A stretch of 64,000 bases of DNA, taken from assembly GCA_030679995.1 (NCBI GenBank), contig JAUXSK010000006.1, positions 10,328 through 74,327 on the forward strand, read 5' to 3'. Each line of letters opens with the position of its first letter. Position 1 is the stretch's first letter. Of the stretch, positions 36,997-45,929 are shown in pieces. A program made the position numbers and the translations under genes. The notes under the pieces were generated by a model. The model had not been told where the DNA came from. It saw only the letters and a list, made by a program, of their open reading frames with translations, and ran no database searches. Origin of the DNA: Candidatus Moraniibacteriota bacterium. Its GTDB lineage: Bacteria; Patescibacteriota; Minisyncoccia; Moranbacterales; UBA2206.

Positions 36997-38634
36997 ATGA
37001 AAAACCGAAAATACATTTTTGTCGTCGGGGGGGTGATGAGCGGGGTGGGGAAGGGAGTTACGACTTCGGCGGTCGGAGCGATCCTCAAGGCGCGCGGGTT
37101 CCATGTGACGGCTTTGAAAATCGATCCCTATATCAATGTCGACGCCGGCACGATGAATCCGACCGAGCACGGCGAGGTTTTCGTATTGGATTCCGGATTG
37201 GAAACCGACCAGGATATGGGAAATTATGAAAGATTCCTGAATGTGACTTTGCCATCGGAAAATTATATGACGACCGGCAGCGTATATGAATCGGTCATCC
37301 ATAAAGAAAGGGATTTGAAATACAAGGGCAAATGCGTGGAAGTCGTGCCACACATCCCATTGGAAGTCATCGAGCGGATCGAAAAAGCTTCCGAAAAAGC
37401 CAAAGCGGATATCTCGATCATCGAAATCGGAGGCACGGTAGGCGAATATCAAAATATCTTGTTTTTGGAAGCAGCGCGAATGATGCGGATAAAACATCCG
37501 GATGACGTGCTGATCATTATGGTCAGTTATCTGCCGATCCCTTCCAAGATAGGCGAGATGAAAACCAAGCCAACGCAATACGCGGTGCGGACCTTGAACG
37601 GAGCCGGCATCCAGCCGGATTTCATCATCGCCCGCAGTGAAACATTCCTGGATCAAAGAAGAAAGGAGAAAATCGCGATGTTTTGCAATATTCCAGAGCG
37701 CGATGTGATTTCAGCTCCTGATATCGATAGTATCTATGAAGTACCGATTAATTTTGAACGGGATGATTTGAGTCGCTTAATATTAAAGAAGCTCGGTTTG
37801 AAATATGATAAGACCGATCTTTCAGGCTGGTATGACCTGGTGGAAAAAATCAAACATCCGAAAGGGACAGCCAGAATCGGAATCGTAGGCAAATATTTCG
37901 GCACGGGCGATTTTGTCTTGTCAGATGCCTACATCAGCGTGATCGAGGCGGTCAAACACGCGGCGTACCACAACCACGTCAAGCCGAAAATCGATTGGAT
38001 CAGCAGCGAAACCTATGAAAAGAATCCGGAAAAATTGGAAGAATTGAGGGGCTATGACGGCATCGTCATTCCGGGCGGATTCGGCTCACGTGGCATCGAA
38101 GGCAAAATACTGGCAATCGAATTTTTACGCAAAAATAAAATACCGTTTTTGGGACTTTGCTACGGGATGCAATTAGCCGTAATCGAATACGCGCGCAACG
38201 TCTTGGATCTCAAGGATGCCAATACGACCGAAGTCGACCGCAAAACGGGAAACCCGGTCATAGATATCATGCCTGAACAGAAAAAGAATTTGGAAGACGG
38301 AAATTATGGAGCTACGATGAGATTGGGAGCCTATTCAGCCGTCTTGCAAAAAGGCAGCATCGCCAACAAGGCCTATCGGGCCACTAAGATTTCCGAGCGC
38401 CATCGGCACCGTTGGGAAGTCAATCCGGAATATATCCAGCGCCTGGAAAAAGCGGGTCTTGTGTTTTCAGGAAAATCACCGGACGGCAAACTGATGGAAA
38501 TCACCGAATTGCCAACTTCGATCCATCCATTCTTCGTTTCAACCCAATTCCATCCGGAATTAAAGACCAATCCGCTCAAGGGACATCCTCTTTTCAACGA
38601 ATTTATCAAAGCCGGACAGAAATTGAAGAAATAA
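36997..38634 (+). CDS. pyrG: CTP synthase
   Basis: 'KYIFVVGGVMSGVGKGVTTSAVGAIL', 'IDPYINVDAGTMNP', and the GATase 'GLCYGMQ' with catalytic Cys. Typical length of 545 aa. Confidence 0.95.
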   Translation: MKNRKYIFVVGGVMSGVGKGVTTSAVGAILKARGFHVTALKIDPYINVDAGTMNPTEHGEVFVLDSGLETDQDMGNYERFLNVTLPSENYMTTGSVYESVIHKERDLKYKGKCVEVVPHIPLEVIERIEKASEKAKADISIIEIGGTVGEYQNILFLEAARMMRIKHPDDVLIIMVSYLPIPSKIGEMKTKPTQYAVRTLNGAGIQPDFIIARSETFLDQRRKEKIAMFCNIPERDVISAPDIDSIYEVPINFERDDLSRLILKKLGLKYDKTDLSGWYDLVEKIKHPKGTARIGIVGKYFGTGDFVLSDAYISVIEAVKHAAYHNHVKPKIDWISSETYEKNPEKLEELRGYDGIVIPGGFGSRGIEGKILAIEFLRKNKIPFLGLCYGMQLAVIEYARNVLDLKDANTTEVDRKTGNPVIDIMPEQKKNLEDGNYGATMRLGAYSAVLQKGSIANKAYRATKISERHRHRWEVNPEYIQRLEKAGLVFSGKSPDGKLMEITELPTSIHPFFVSTQFHPELKTNPLKGHPLFNEFIKAGQKLKK

Positions 38635-38663
38635 ACCGCGATAGATTAAAATGACACGCAAAT

Positions 38664-38698
38664 ATAAAAAATCCTCCTTGAACCGGAGGATTTTTTAT
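38664..38698. terminator. bidirectional rho-independent terminator (AATCCTCC-loop-GGAGGATT, A-tract upstream, T-tract downstream)
   Basis: Stem 38670-38677 / 38685-38692, flanked by AAAAAA and TTTTTT. Lies between convergent pyrG and rpmA. Confidence 0.6.
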
Positions 38699-38711
38699 AT
38701 TTGCGTAAAGA

Positions 38712-39050
38712 TTATTTTTTACTAGCAGGTTTAGCGGTTCTTTTGACAGCCTTGGCTTTCACAGCCACGACTGCTTCTGCGACGACTGAGACGAATCTTT
38801 TATTTTCCAGGTTTCCGGTGAAAGTCCGTACCTTTTTCCTGGCAAATTTTACGATGCCGTCAATCATAGAATAGAGAGTATCGTCCTCGCCTTGCTTCAC
38901 ATTGGCGCCGGGTCTCCATTTTGATCCGCGCTGCCGGATAATTATGTTTCCAGCCTGGACCTTCTGGTCCCCGAAAATTTTTACGCCGAGCCGTTTCGAT
39001 ATCGAATCACGGCCCAGCTGGGTAGATCCACCAGCTTTACGATGTGCCAT
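38712..39050 (-). CDS. rpmA: 50S ribosomal protein L27 with ~27-aa Lys/Ala-rich C-terminal extension
   Basis: '[45 protein letters not shown]' is the canonical L27. It carries an extra basic tail '[22 protein letters not shown]'. Confidence 0.85.
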   Translation of the reverse strand: MAHRKAGGSTQLGRDSISKRLGVKIFGDQKVQAGNIIIRQRGSKWRPGANVKQGEDDTLYSMIDGIVKFARKKVRTFTGNLENKRFVSVVAEAVVAVKAKAVKRTAKPASKK

Positions 39051-39154
39051 ATTTGTCTATTTAAGTATTATATTTCCTAAAAAAGTCATTCCATCAGGGC
39101 ATTTGTCCATCACCACAATGTCCCAAGGGATAACGAGATTTATTATAGCAAAAT

Positions 39155-39625
39155 ATGCTACAATGTCAATATCGGAGCAACTCTGCTCCGCAGCTAACAG
39201 TCTGCAACCGAATGGTTATGCTAAATTTAAGCGAATTCTGGGTAAAATATGAATATAAGTTTGTTTTAGCCATAGGCTTTATATTGATTGCGGCTATTTC
39301 TTTTGAATTTGGCTATACGCAGGGGAAAAACTTGAAATCCAGCCCGATAGTTATTGAAAAGCCGGCTGTAGGCTCAGAAAATGGCCCTGGATGCCCAGTT
39401 TCCGCCAAACCGGTATCAGATACCGATATCACCAAGAAAGCGCCTGTCGAGGCTGATTTGGCGTCATTGAAAAAATGCGCTTATGTCGGCAGTAAGAATT
39501 CCGATAAATTCTATCCGCCCAGTTGCTCGTATGCCAAAAGGATCAAGCCTGAAAACCTCGTTTGTTTCACCACCGCCCAGGAAGCGCTGGCCCAAGGACG
39601 GACTGAAAGTACCGGATGTAAATAG
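39155..39625 (+). CDS. membrane-anchored protein with Ada-Zn-binding-like C-terminal domain
   Basis: TM helix 'FVLAIGFILIAAISF'. The C-terminal 'YVGSKNSDKFYPPSCSYAKRIKPENLVCFTTAQEALAQG' resembles the Ada N-terminal metal-binding domain ('...CRPSC...ENV.FF.T..EA..AGFRPC'). Start uncertain (alternative ATG at 39212). Confidence 0.4.
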   Translation: MLQCQYRSNSAPQLTVCNRMVMLNLSEFWVKYEYKFVLAIGFILIAAISFEFGYTQGKNLKSSPIVIEKPAVGSENGPGCPVSAKPVSDTDITKKAPVEADLASLKKCAYVGSKNSDKFYPPSCSYAKRIKPENLVCFTTAQEALAQGRTESTGCK

Positions 39626-39740
39626 ATTGGATTTAATATTCCCCAGTCCATGACGATATCCCTATTTGCCACAAAAAGCGATTGCGATTATCATAATATT
39701 TACGGGTGTCTATATTTAAATAACTAAATCCACAACTACT

Positions 39741-40433
39741 ATGGATAAAAAAACCATCATCATTTCGTTAGGAGGATCGCTGATCGTACCGGAAGAAATC
39801 GACTGGAAATTCGTGAAAAAATTCAAGGCGCTTATCGAAGAACAGATTGAAAACGGCTTCAAATTCATTTTGATTACCGGCGGGGGGAAAACTGCGCGCA
39901 AATATATCGATGCATCAGCTAAAATCGACGACATCAACAATGAAGACAAAGATTGGATCGGCATACACGCCACGCGGATGAACGCCCATTTCATCCGCAC
40001 GATTTTCCGCAAACATGCCCATCCGAGAATCAATAAAAATCCCCATGATTTGGAAGATTTTTATAACTTCAAGGAAAGCATCCTGGTGGCGGCCGGTTGG
40101 CGGCCAGGCTTTTCAACAGACTTCGATGCCGTGCTTCTGGCTAAATATCTGGGCATCAAAACCGTCATCAACCTTTCCAATATCGACTATGTCTGTGACA
40201 AGGATCCGCGCAAATTTCCAGATGCGAAAAAAATTGAAGAAATTTCTTGGGCGGAATTCCGCAAGATGGTGGGGGACAAATGGGATCCGGGAATGAACGC
40301 GCCATTCGATCCGATCGCTTCCAAGGAGGCGCAGGAAATCGGCTTGGAAGTCGCCATTATGAACGGCCAAAACCTAGCCAATCTTAAAAAATATTTGGAG
40401 GGTAAAAAAGCCAAGGGGACGATTATAAAATAA
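39741..40433 (+). CDS. pyrH: amino-acid-kinase-family protein, probable uridylate (UMP) kinase, archaeal/short type
   Basis: 'TIIISLGGSLI...FILITGGGKTAR' are the Gly-rich AAK motifs. 230 aa, next to the pyrG region. Confidence 0.55.
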   Translation: MDKKTIIISLGGSLIVPEEIDWKFVKKFKALIEEQIENGFKFILITGGGKTARKYIDASAKIDDINNEDKDWIGIHATRMNAHFIRTIFRKHAHPRINKNPHDLEDFYNFKESILVAAGWRPGFSTDFDAVLLAKYLGIKTVINLSNIDYVCDKDPRKFPDAKKIEEISWAEFRKMVGDKWDPGMNAPFDPIASKEAQEIGLEVAIMNGQNLANLKKYLEGKKAKGTIIK

Positions 40434-40436
40434 TTT

Positions 40437-40745
40437 ATGGGTACCAATAACCATCGCAGCGGCGGAAAAATCGGTGGCCGGCATACGACAGTGATCGACG
40501 CGGCCCGGCCGGTCGTTGATTTCCTCCTAAAAAACCCTGCTGTGGCGAGCATCGCGGTGGGACACATCAAGATGGGAATCGGAACCGGTCCGCAGAGGAT
40601 GAAAATAAAGGAGGAAACCGGCTGCCTGCTGGTTAAAATCCGTGGTAGCGCCAGCATCCAGGAAATCCGCGTTTTTGCAAAAAACTTAAAAGGGATTAAA
40701 AAAGATTTAGAGGAAAAATTCAAAAACCTAGCATTTACCCCCTAG
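40437..40745 (+). CDS. hypothetical small protein (102 aa)
   Basis: Starts 4 nt after the pyrH-like gene. Gly-rich, no recognisable motif. Confidence 0.3.
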   Translation: MGTNNHRSGGKIGGRHTTVIDAARPVVDFLLKNPAVASIAVGHIKMGIGTGPQRMKIKEETGCLLVKIRGSASIQEIRVFAKNLKGIKKDLEEKFKNLAFTP

Positions 40746-40920
40746 AAGCCCGGCAAAACGAAATTTTTTCAAACAGCCCTTGTAATATTCAGCACCCAAA
40801 GGCCGGGGGAATGCCAGATATCAAATTTTTTGGTTATGAGGGTGATATTATCGGAAAATTCGTCGTCTGCTAATCCATCCGGCCGACTAAAATCAACCTT
40901 ATTTCAATACCCAGACACTA

Positions 40921-40950
40921 AAAAAAGCCCCGTGAAAACGGGGCTTTTAT
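40921..40950. terminator. bidirectional rho-independent terminator (AGCCCCG-TGAAAA-CGGGGCT)
   Basis: Stem 40926-40932 / 40939-40945 with A7 upstream and TTTTAT downstream. Immediately 3' of the - strand nuclease gene stop (40961). Confidence 0.6.
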
Positions 40951-40960
40951 GTTTGGCAAG

Positions 40961-42085
40961 CTATTTCTTTTTTACGGCTAGGGTTTTAGTTTCCTTGTCT
41001 ACCACCTTGGCTTTTTCGATTTCCGTCTTAGCTTCAAAAGGCAGGATGCCCAGGATTTGCTTGAGGGCGATGCCATCAACTTTTAGTATCGACTCCCATT
41101 TATCGAGCGGTTCAAGGATTTCACGGATCTTTTTTTCATCGTATTTATAGGTTTTGCGCAAAGACCGGGCGATGATGCCTTGCGAGCCGAAAACCCGTTC
41201 GACGCCTTCCTGATCCATGTATTGCAGGATTTTCTCTTGGATTTCCGCCAAACGGTCTTTGGTGATGGAGATGGCTGATTTAAGTTCGACATATTCATTG
41301 ATGGCGGAATCGACTTCTTCCGTATCTATTTTCCGCAATTCCTTGAATTTATGCCGCCACATCGGACAGATATTCTGGTAGCCACACCAATCGCAAAGCG
41401 GAGTGATGTTGGGCTCGAACCTGCCTTCTTCGATCAACTTGATGACATCCAGAAAAAGCTGTTCGCTTTTTTTAAGCTGCTCCACAGTGCGGGTAGCGGA
41501 AAGTTTCACGCCATGCTTGAGATAGTAGAGGCTGACTTTCAATTTATCGATGTTTTCGATTTCCTTGGGATAGCGCGAGAGGAAAGCCTGCAGATAAACG
41601 GAAAGCTGCAAATCGTTATTGACCTTTTCTTGGGAAGGCATTTTCTTGGTGGTTTTGTAATCGATGATTTCATAGCCGTCATCGGTCTTGTCGATGCGGT
41701 CGATGATACCGGAAATTATATGTTTATTATCAGCGGTCCCGATCTCAATTTGAAAACGCGATTCCAAATCGACGATATTGAAATTGGCCGGATTATTTTT
41801 TTGATAGTAATCCTGGATGATCCGCACGCCCTGCGAGAAAGCAGCACGCTCTTCGTCCGCACTGTCAAAAACCGCCGGGTTCCAGGAATTAGAAAAATGT
41901 TCCATCGCCTGGTCAAGGGTAGGGGAGAGGATACCGGGCGTATGGATGAATTTCATCGTTTCATGGACCGTTGAACCGAAAACCGCCTCCTTGGATTTGG
42001 GAGTTTTGATGTGGTCGATGTTTTGGAATTTATATTTCAGCGAACAATTTTGGTAAGTATCGAACGCCGAGTAGGATATTCTCAT
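40961..42085 (-). CDS. PD-(D/E)xK nuclease superfamily protein (RecB/AddB/Cas4-like) with C-terminal Cys cluster
   Basis: 'IIDRIDKTDDGYEIIDYKTTKK' is a D...E.IDYK PD-(D/E)xK core. The C-terminal 'CDWCGYQNICPMW' resembles the Fe-S/Zn cluster of the Cas4/AddB nuclease domain. Confidence 0.65.
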   Translation of the reverse strand: MRISYSAFDTYQNCSLKYKFQNIDHIKTPKSKEAVFGSTVHETMKFIHTPGILSPTLDQAMEHFSNSWNPAVFDSADEERAAFSQGVRIIQDYYQKNNPANFNIVDLESRFQIEIGTADNKHIISGIIDRIDKTDDGYEIIDYKTTKKMPSQEKVNNDLQLSVYLQAFLSRYPKEIENIDKLKVSLYYLKHGVKLSATRTVEQLKKSEQLFLDVIKLIEEGRFEPNITPLCDWCGYQNICPMWRHKFKELRKIDTEEVDSAINEYVELKSAISITKDRLAEIQEKILQYMDQEGVERVFGSQGIIARSLRKTYKYDEKKIREILEPLDKWESILKVDGIALKQILGILPFEAKTEIEKAKVVDKETKTLAVKKK

Positions 42086-42142
42086 AGATTATAACTTAAT
42101 TGTAATCCAGGGCGGCGGAGCGGTCAAACCGGAAAAAACCGG

Positions 42143-42185
42143 CGCAAAAAAATAAGCGCCTGGACAACAAGTGTCCAAGGCGCTT
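42143..42185 (-). terminator. rho-independent terminator for the 69-aa membrane protein gene
   Basis: Long GC-rich hairpin AAGCGCCTGGACA / TGTCCAAGGCGCTT (one bulge). On the - strand it is followed by a T7 tract (revcomp of 42143-42150). Confidence 0.45.
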
Positions 42186-42205
42186 TCTCCGGAATGGGAA
42201 TAGCT

Positions 42206-42415
42206 TCATTCCCTATTAGGCCTCCGGAGGAAATCGTGCAGGAGCTTCAGTACTTGGCCGAGCGCCAAAGCTCCTACCGTGACCGGCAAATAGAATTTGT
42301 CGACTACGGCAATGATTGTTCCGGCGATTATAATGATAATCGCCAAAACAACTAGCCAATTTTCCCGGAGTCCCTGTAAGAACAGGGCCCCGGTCATTCT
42401 TTTCTGTTTCTTCAT
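42206..42415 (-). CDS. hypothetical small membrane protein (69 aa)
   Basis: Basic N-terminus, then two hydrophobic helices. Own terminator downstream. Confidence 0.35.
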   Translation of the reverse strand: MKKQKRMTGALFLQGLRENWLVVLAIIIIIAGTIIAVVDKFYLPVTVGALALGQVLKLLHDFLRRPNRE

Positions 42416-42752
42416 TTTTCCCCGCCTCCCCGGGTTTATTTTTTTTGAATTTTCATTTGGTGGTACGTTTTGTTATATCAGATAAATCTGGAAAAGTCAA
42501 GAAATCCCTCCCGATAAGCCCTGTTTTACGCCCAAGATGACAAAATCCTTGTTTATGGTAAAATAAAGGTATATTAAAAATAACAAAAAAAACGATGTTC
42601 AAAGACGTAAAAAATCCGAAATCCGATGAAGCGCTCAAATTCGCCTTTACGATCATCGCCTCGGTATTTTTGATAATCACTATCGCCATTTCCTACGAAA
42701 TAACGCAGTGGATATAGGAATGATCCGGAATCCGAGCAAAAAAACAAAAGAC

Positions 42753-42801
42753 TTGACGCGGTTCAAGTTTTTTTGTAATATTAAAGCATACTAAATTAGT
42801 A
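42753..42801 (+). promoter_or_regulatory. putative iscR promoter (TTGACG-17-TAATAT) with 13-bp palindrome TACTAAATTAGTA overlapping the predicted transcription start
   Basis: -35 at 42753-42758, -10 at 42776-42781, palindrome at 42789-42801, Rrf2 ATG at 42814. Confidence 0.4.
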
Positions 42802-42813
42802 GGATATCGGATT

Positions 42814-43203
42814 ATGAAATTTTCCAGCAAAGCCGAATACGGCCTCAAAGCTATGGTCAATCTGGCCAAAGATGAAACCCGGACCAAAAATATCAAACTG
42901 ATCGCCAAGGAAGAAACGATTTCCATCAAATATTTGGAACGGCTTTTGAACGATTTGCGCAAGTGCGACCTAGTTGAAAGCTTCAAGGGCGTCAATGGGG
43001 GATATGCATTGAAAAGACCCGCCAAAAAAATCAGCGTGGCCGATGTTGTCATCGCCTTGGAGGGACCGATCGCGCCGATGAAATGCGTCGGCAAAACCTG
43101 CCGGATGGAACACCAATGTTCCTCGAAAATCGTCTGGCAGATCCTCGGCACGCAGATTGAAAAAACATTGTCCCACATAAAATTAAGCGATCTAAATAAA
43201 TAA
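42814..43203 (+). CDS. iscR: Rrf2-family transcriptional regulator (IscR-like)
   Basis: 'MKFSSKAEYGLKAMVNLA...ISIKYLERLLNDLRKCDLVESFKGVNGGYAL' is the Rrf2 wHTH. Cys residues 'CVGKTC' are candidate cluster ligands. Confidence 0.85.
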   Translation: MKFSSKAEYGLKAMVNLAKDETRTKNIKLIAKEETISIKYLERLLNDLRKCDLVESFKGVNGGYALKRPAKKISVADVVIALEGPIAPMKCVGKTCRMEHQCSSKIVWQILGTQIEKTLSHIKLSDLNK

Positions 43204-43212
43204 AATAAAATT

Positions 43213-44445
43213 ATGCCGAACAAAAAAATATATCTAGACTATGCGGCTACTACGCCCGTCGATAAGGAAGTTCTAGGAGAGATGTTGCCGTATTTTTCGG
43301 AAAAATTCGGCAACGCGATGTCGATCCATTCTTTCGGGCAAGAGGCCTTGCAAGCCGTCGACTCGGCCCGCGGAAAAATCGCCGATTTCTTCGGATGCGC
43401 GCCGACTGAAATAGTCTTCACTAGTGGCGCGACCGAATCGAACAACCTGACGGTCAAGGGCGTCTTGAAATCATATTATTCCAAAGCGGAAAACCGCGGC
43501 AAGAAACCCCACATCATCACATCCGAATTTGAACATCATTGCATCCTGGATTCGTGCAAGGCGGTGGAAAAAGACGGACTGGCCGACGTGTCCTATATCA
43601 AACCCGGTAAAGACGGTGTGGTGAAGGTTTCCGAGATCGCAAAAGCTATCCGGCCGAACACGGTTTTGATTTCCATAATGTATGTCAACAACGAAATCGG
43701 CACGGTGCAACCGATCGGAAAAATCGCCAAACTAGTCAAGAAAACCAACAAAAACAAGATGGAAAATGAATTCAAAACCGTTTTCCACACCGATGCGACG
43801 CAAGCCGTCAATTATTTCGACTGCGACGTGGAAAGATTGGGCGTGGATTTGCTTTCGATGTCGGCGCATAAGGTTTACGGACCGAAAGGTATTGGGATGT
43901 TGTATGTCAGGAAGGGGACCGCGATCCGGAAGATCCAAGACGGAGGCGACCAAGAATACAAGATGCGCGCCGGCACGCATAATGTCACCGGCATCGTCGG
44001 CTTCGGAAAAGCGATCGAGATTTTGAAAAAAAATATGCCGGATAATACAAAGAAGATCCAGGACTTGCGCGATTACCTGATCGGCAAGGTCTTGGGTGAA
44101 ATCCCGAACGCCAGACTTAATGGATCAAAAATACGGCGCTCTCCCAACAATGCCAATTTTTCATTCAGAGATATCGAAGGGGAGGGATTACTGCTGTCGC
44201 TGGATATGGAAGGCATCGCTTGCTCGACCGGTTCCGCTTGTTCATCCGGCGCGCTTTCACCTTCGCACGTCCTCCTGTCGATCGGTTTGAAGGCCGAACA
44301 GGCGCACGGATCATTGCGGATGACATTGGGAAAATATACGACTAAAAATGAGATTGATCTAGCGGTAAAAAAATTGAAGATCGTCGCCGAAAGATTGCGG
44401 AAAATTTCCGGATCAGTCCTGGCGGATTACTATTCTAAAAAATAA
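43213..44445 (+). CDS. iscS: cysteine desulfurase (class V aminotransferase, NifS/IscS type)
   Basis: 'IYLDYAATTPVD', PLP-Lys in 'SAHKVYGPKGIG', active Cys in 'STGSACSSG'. Confidence 0.9.
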   Translation: MPNKKIYLDYAATTPVDKEVLGEMLPYFSEKFGNAMSIHSFGQEALQAVDSARGKIADFFGCAPTEIVFTSGATESNNLTVKGVLKSYYSKAENRGKKPHIITSEFEHHCILDSCKAVEKDGLADVSYIKPGKDGVVKVSEIAKAIRPNTVLISIMYVNNEIGTVQPIGKIAKLVKKTNKNKMENEFKTVFHTDATQAVNYFDCDVERLGVDLLSMSAHKVYGPKGIGMLYVRKGTAIRKIQDGGDQEYKMRAGTHNVTGIVGFGKAIEILKKNMPDNTKKIQDLRDYLIGKVLGEIPNARLNGSKIRRSPNNANFSFRDIEGEGLLLSLDMEGIACSTGSACSSGALSPSHVLLSIGLKAEQAHGSLRMTLGKYTTKNEIDLAVKKLKIVAERLRKISGSVLADYYSKK

Positions 44446-44529
44446 TTTAACTAAATGATATGTGTAACGCGATATCATCGGTTCGTAGATTCGAATCATA
44501 TTCGTAGTTTCGCATCGGTATAAAAAAAT

Positions 44530-44916
44530 ATGCAATATTCAAAAAAAGTTTTAGAACATTTTACGCGGCCGCACAACCAAGGCTTGATTAAGAATGCTTC
44601 TGGCGTCGGTATGGTCGGCAATCCGGTTTGCGGAGACTTGATGAAAATATATATAAAAGTCAAAAAAGATAAGCAGCGGGGAGAGGTGATCAACAAAATC
44701 AGCTTTGAAACGCTGGGTTGCGCCTCAGCTATCGCGACTTCTTCGATGATAACCGACCTAGCCAAAGACAAAACGCTTGAGGAAGCGATGAAAATAACCC
44801 GGCAAGACGTGGCTGACGCGCTGGAAGGCCTTCCGCCGATCAAAATGCATTGTTCGAATCTGGCCGATGAAGCCTTGCATGAAGCCATCAAAGATTATCA
44901 AAATAAGCGTAAATAA
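44530..44916 (+). CDS. iscU: Fe-S cluster assembly scaffold protein IscU/NifU-like
   Basis: 'VLEHFTRPHNQG...GNPVCGDLMKIY...LGCASAIATSS...MHCSNLA' carries the three conserved Cys of IscU. Confidence 0.9.
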   Translation: MQYSKKVLEHFTRPHNQGLIKNASGVGMVGNPVCGDLMKIYIKVKKDKQRGEVINKISFETLGCASAIATSSMITDLAKDKTLEEAMKITRQDVADALEGLPPIKMHCSNLADEALHEAIKDYQNKRK

Positions 44917-44974
44917 CAATCCGGCTCGGGGATTTGGCGGAAGTCAAAACCCAGCGCCGAAAAAAACTACGACT

Positions 44975-45532
44975 ATGGCGTATCGGATCACACCTAATTT
45001 GATTTTCCCAATCGGAAATTTCAAAAACATCTCTTCGGGATTCGGAGAGATGAATGTGTATGATAAGACATTATGGGGCAAGCATCTAGGTATCGACATA
45101 TCCGCTCCGCATGATACTAGGGTTTTTTCGGCTGGACGAGGCGTAGTCGTATATTCAAGGCTGCATCCAGGAGAATTCTCCGAAGATGGCCGGGTTGAAA
45201 AAAGGAATTGGGGCGGAATCGTGATTATCGCCCATAAAAAACCGGCATCTAAAGCAATTTTCTACTCATTGTATGGCCATCTGGGCAAACGCTACGTCAA
45301 AAGAGGCGATACGATCGAGATGGGTGGAATAATCGGTACGATCGGAAAGGCTATGAGTGAGTCAAATGGAGCCTGGGAGGAAGAACATTTGCATTTTGGA
45401 ATATATACCGGGCCATACTATGGGAAGGTATTGCCAGGTTATTATAAGGAGAATGGCTTGACGGAGGCGGAGTATTGGAAAGAGCCGGTCAGTTTTATTA
45501 AAAATTATAATGCCAAAAATGCCCTTATTTAA
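44975..45532 (+). CDS. M23-family metallopeptidase (LytM-like)
   Basis: 'HLGIDISAPHDTRVFSAGRGVV...LYGHL...GDTIEMGGIIGTIGK...EEHLHFGIY' are the HxxxD and HxH motifs. Start moved to the internal ATG at 44975 to avoid overlap with iscU. Confidence 0.65.
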   Translation: MAYRITPNLIFPIGNFKNISSGFGEMNVYDKTLWGKHLGIDISAPHDTRVFSAGRGVVVYSRLHPGEFSEDGRVEKRNWGGIVIIAHKKPASKAIFYSLYGHLGKRYVKRGDTIEMGGIIGTIGKAMSESNGAWEEEHLHFGIYTGPYYGKVLPGYYKENGLTEAEYWKEPVSFIKNYNAKNALI

Positions 45533-45875
45533 AGAGGAAAGAGCGCTATTTTGGAATATGGACAGTGTCGCACATCATTTCTTTTGCGACATTGCATTGA
45601 TTTTAAAACATCTTTAATCTATCCGCATAGTATCATCAGATACAAATAAACAATCTCTATACCTCCTCTTAGCTGACAGTATTGCTGATTGATAAATCGA
45701 TATTTTTAAAAATAAATTTTTCACATAAATCATTTCACCTCAATCAATCAATCACTTGTTTGTAATAGATCCTTGACCGTGGCCTGATTAACTGGCTATG
45801 CATGGATACATCTATGTATGCCGGATCGCCCAAAAACCGTTTCAATTCGCACCTTCTGGACCTCTCCCCTTGCGA

Positions 45876-45912
45876 ATCAAAAAAAACGACCTATTGATGG
45901 TCGTTTTTATAT
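45876..45912. terminator. bidirectional rho-independent terminator (AAAACGACC-TATTGAT-GGTCGTTTT)
   Basis: Stem 45883-45891 / 45899-45907, flanked by A-tract and T-tract. Directly 3' of the - strand M23 gene stop (45930). Confidence 0.55.
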
Positions 45913-45929
45913 TTATACGCAAAAAAATA

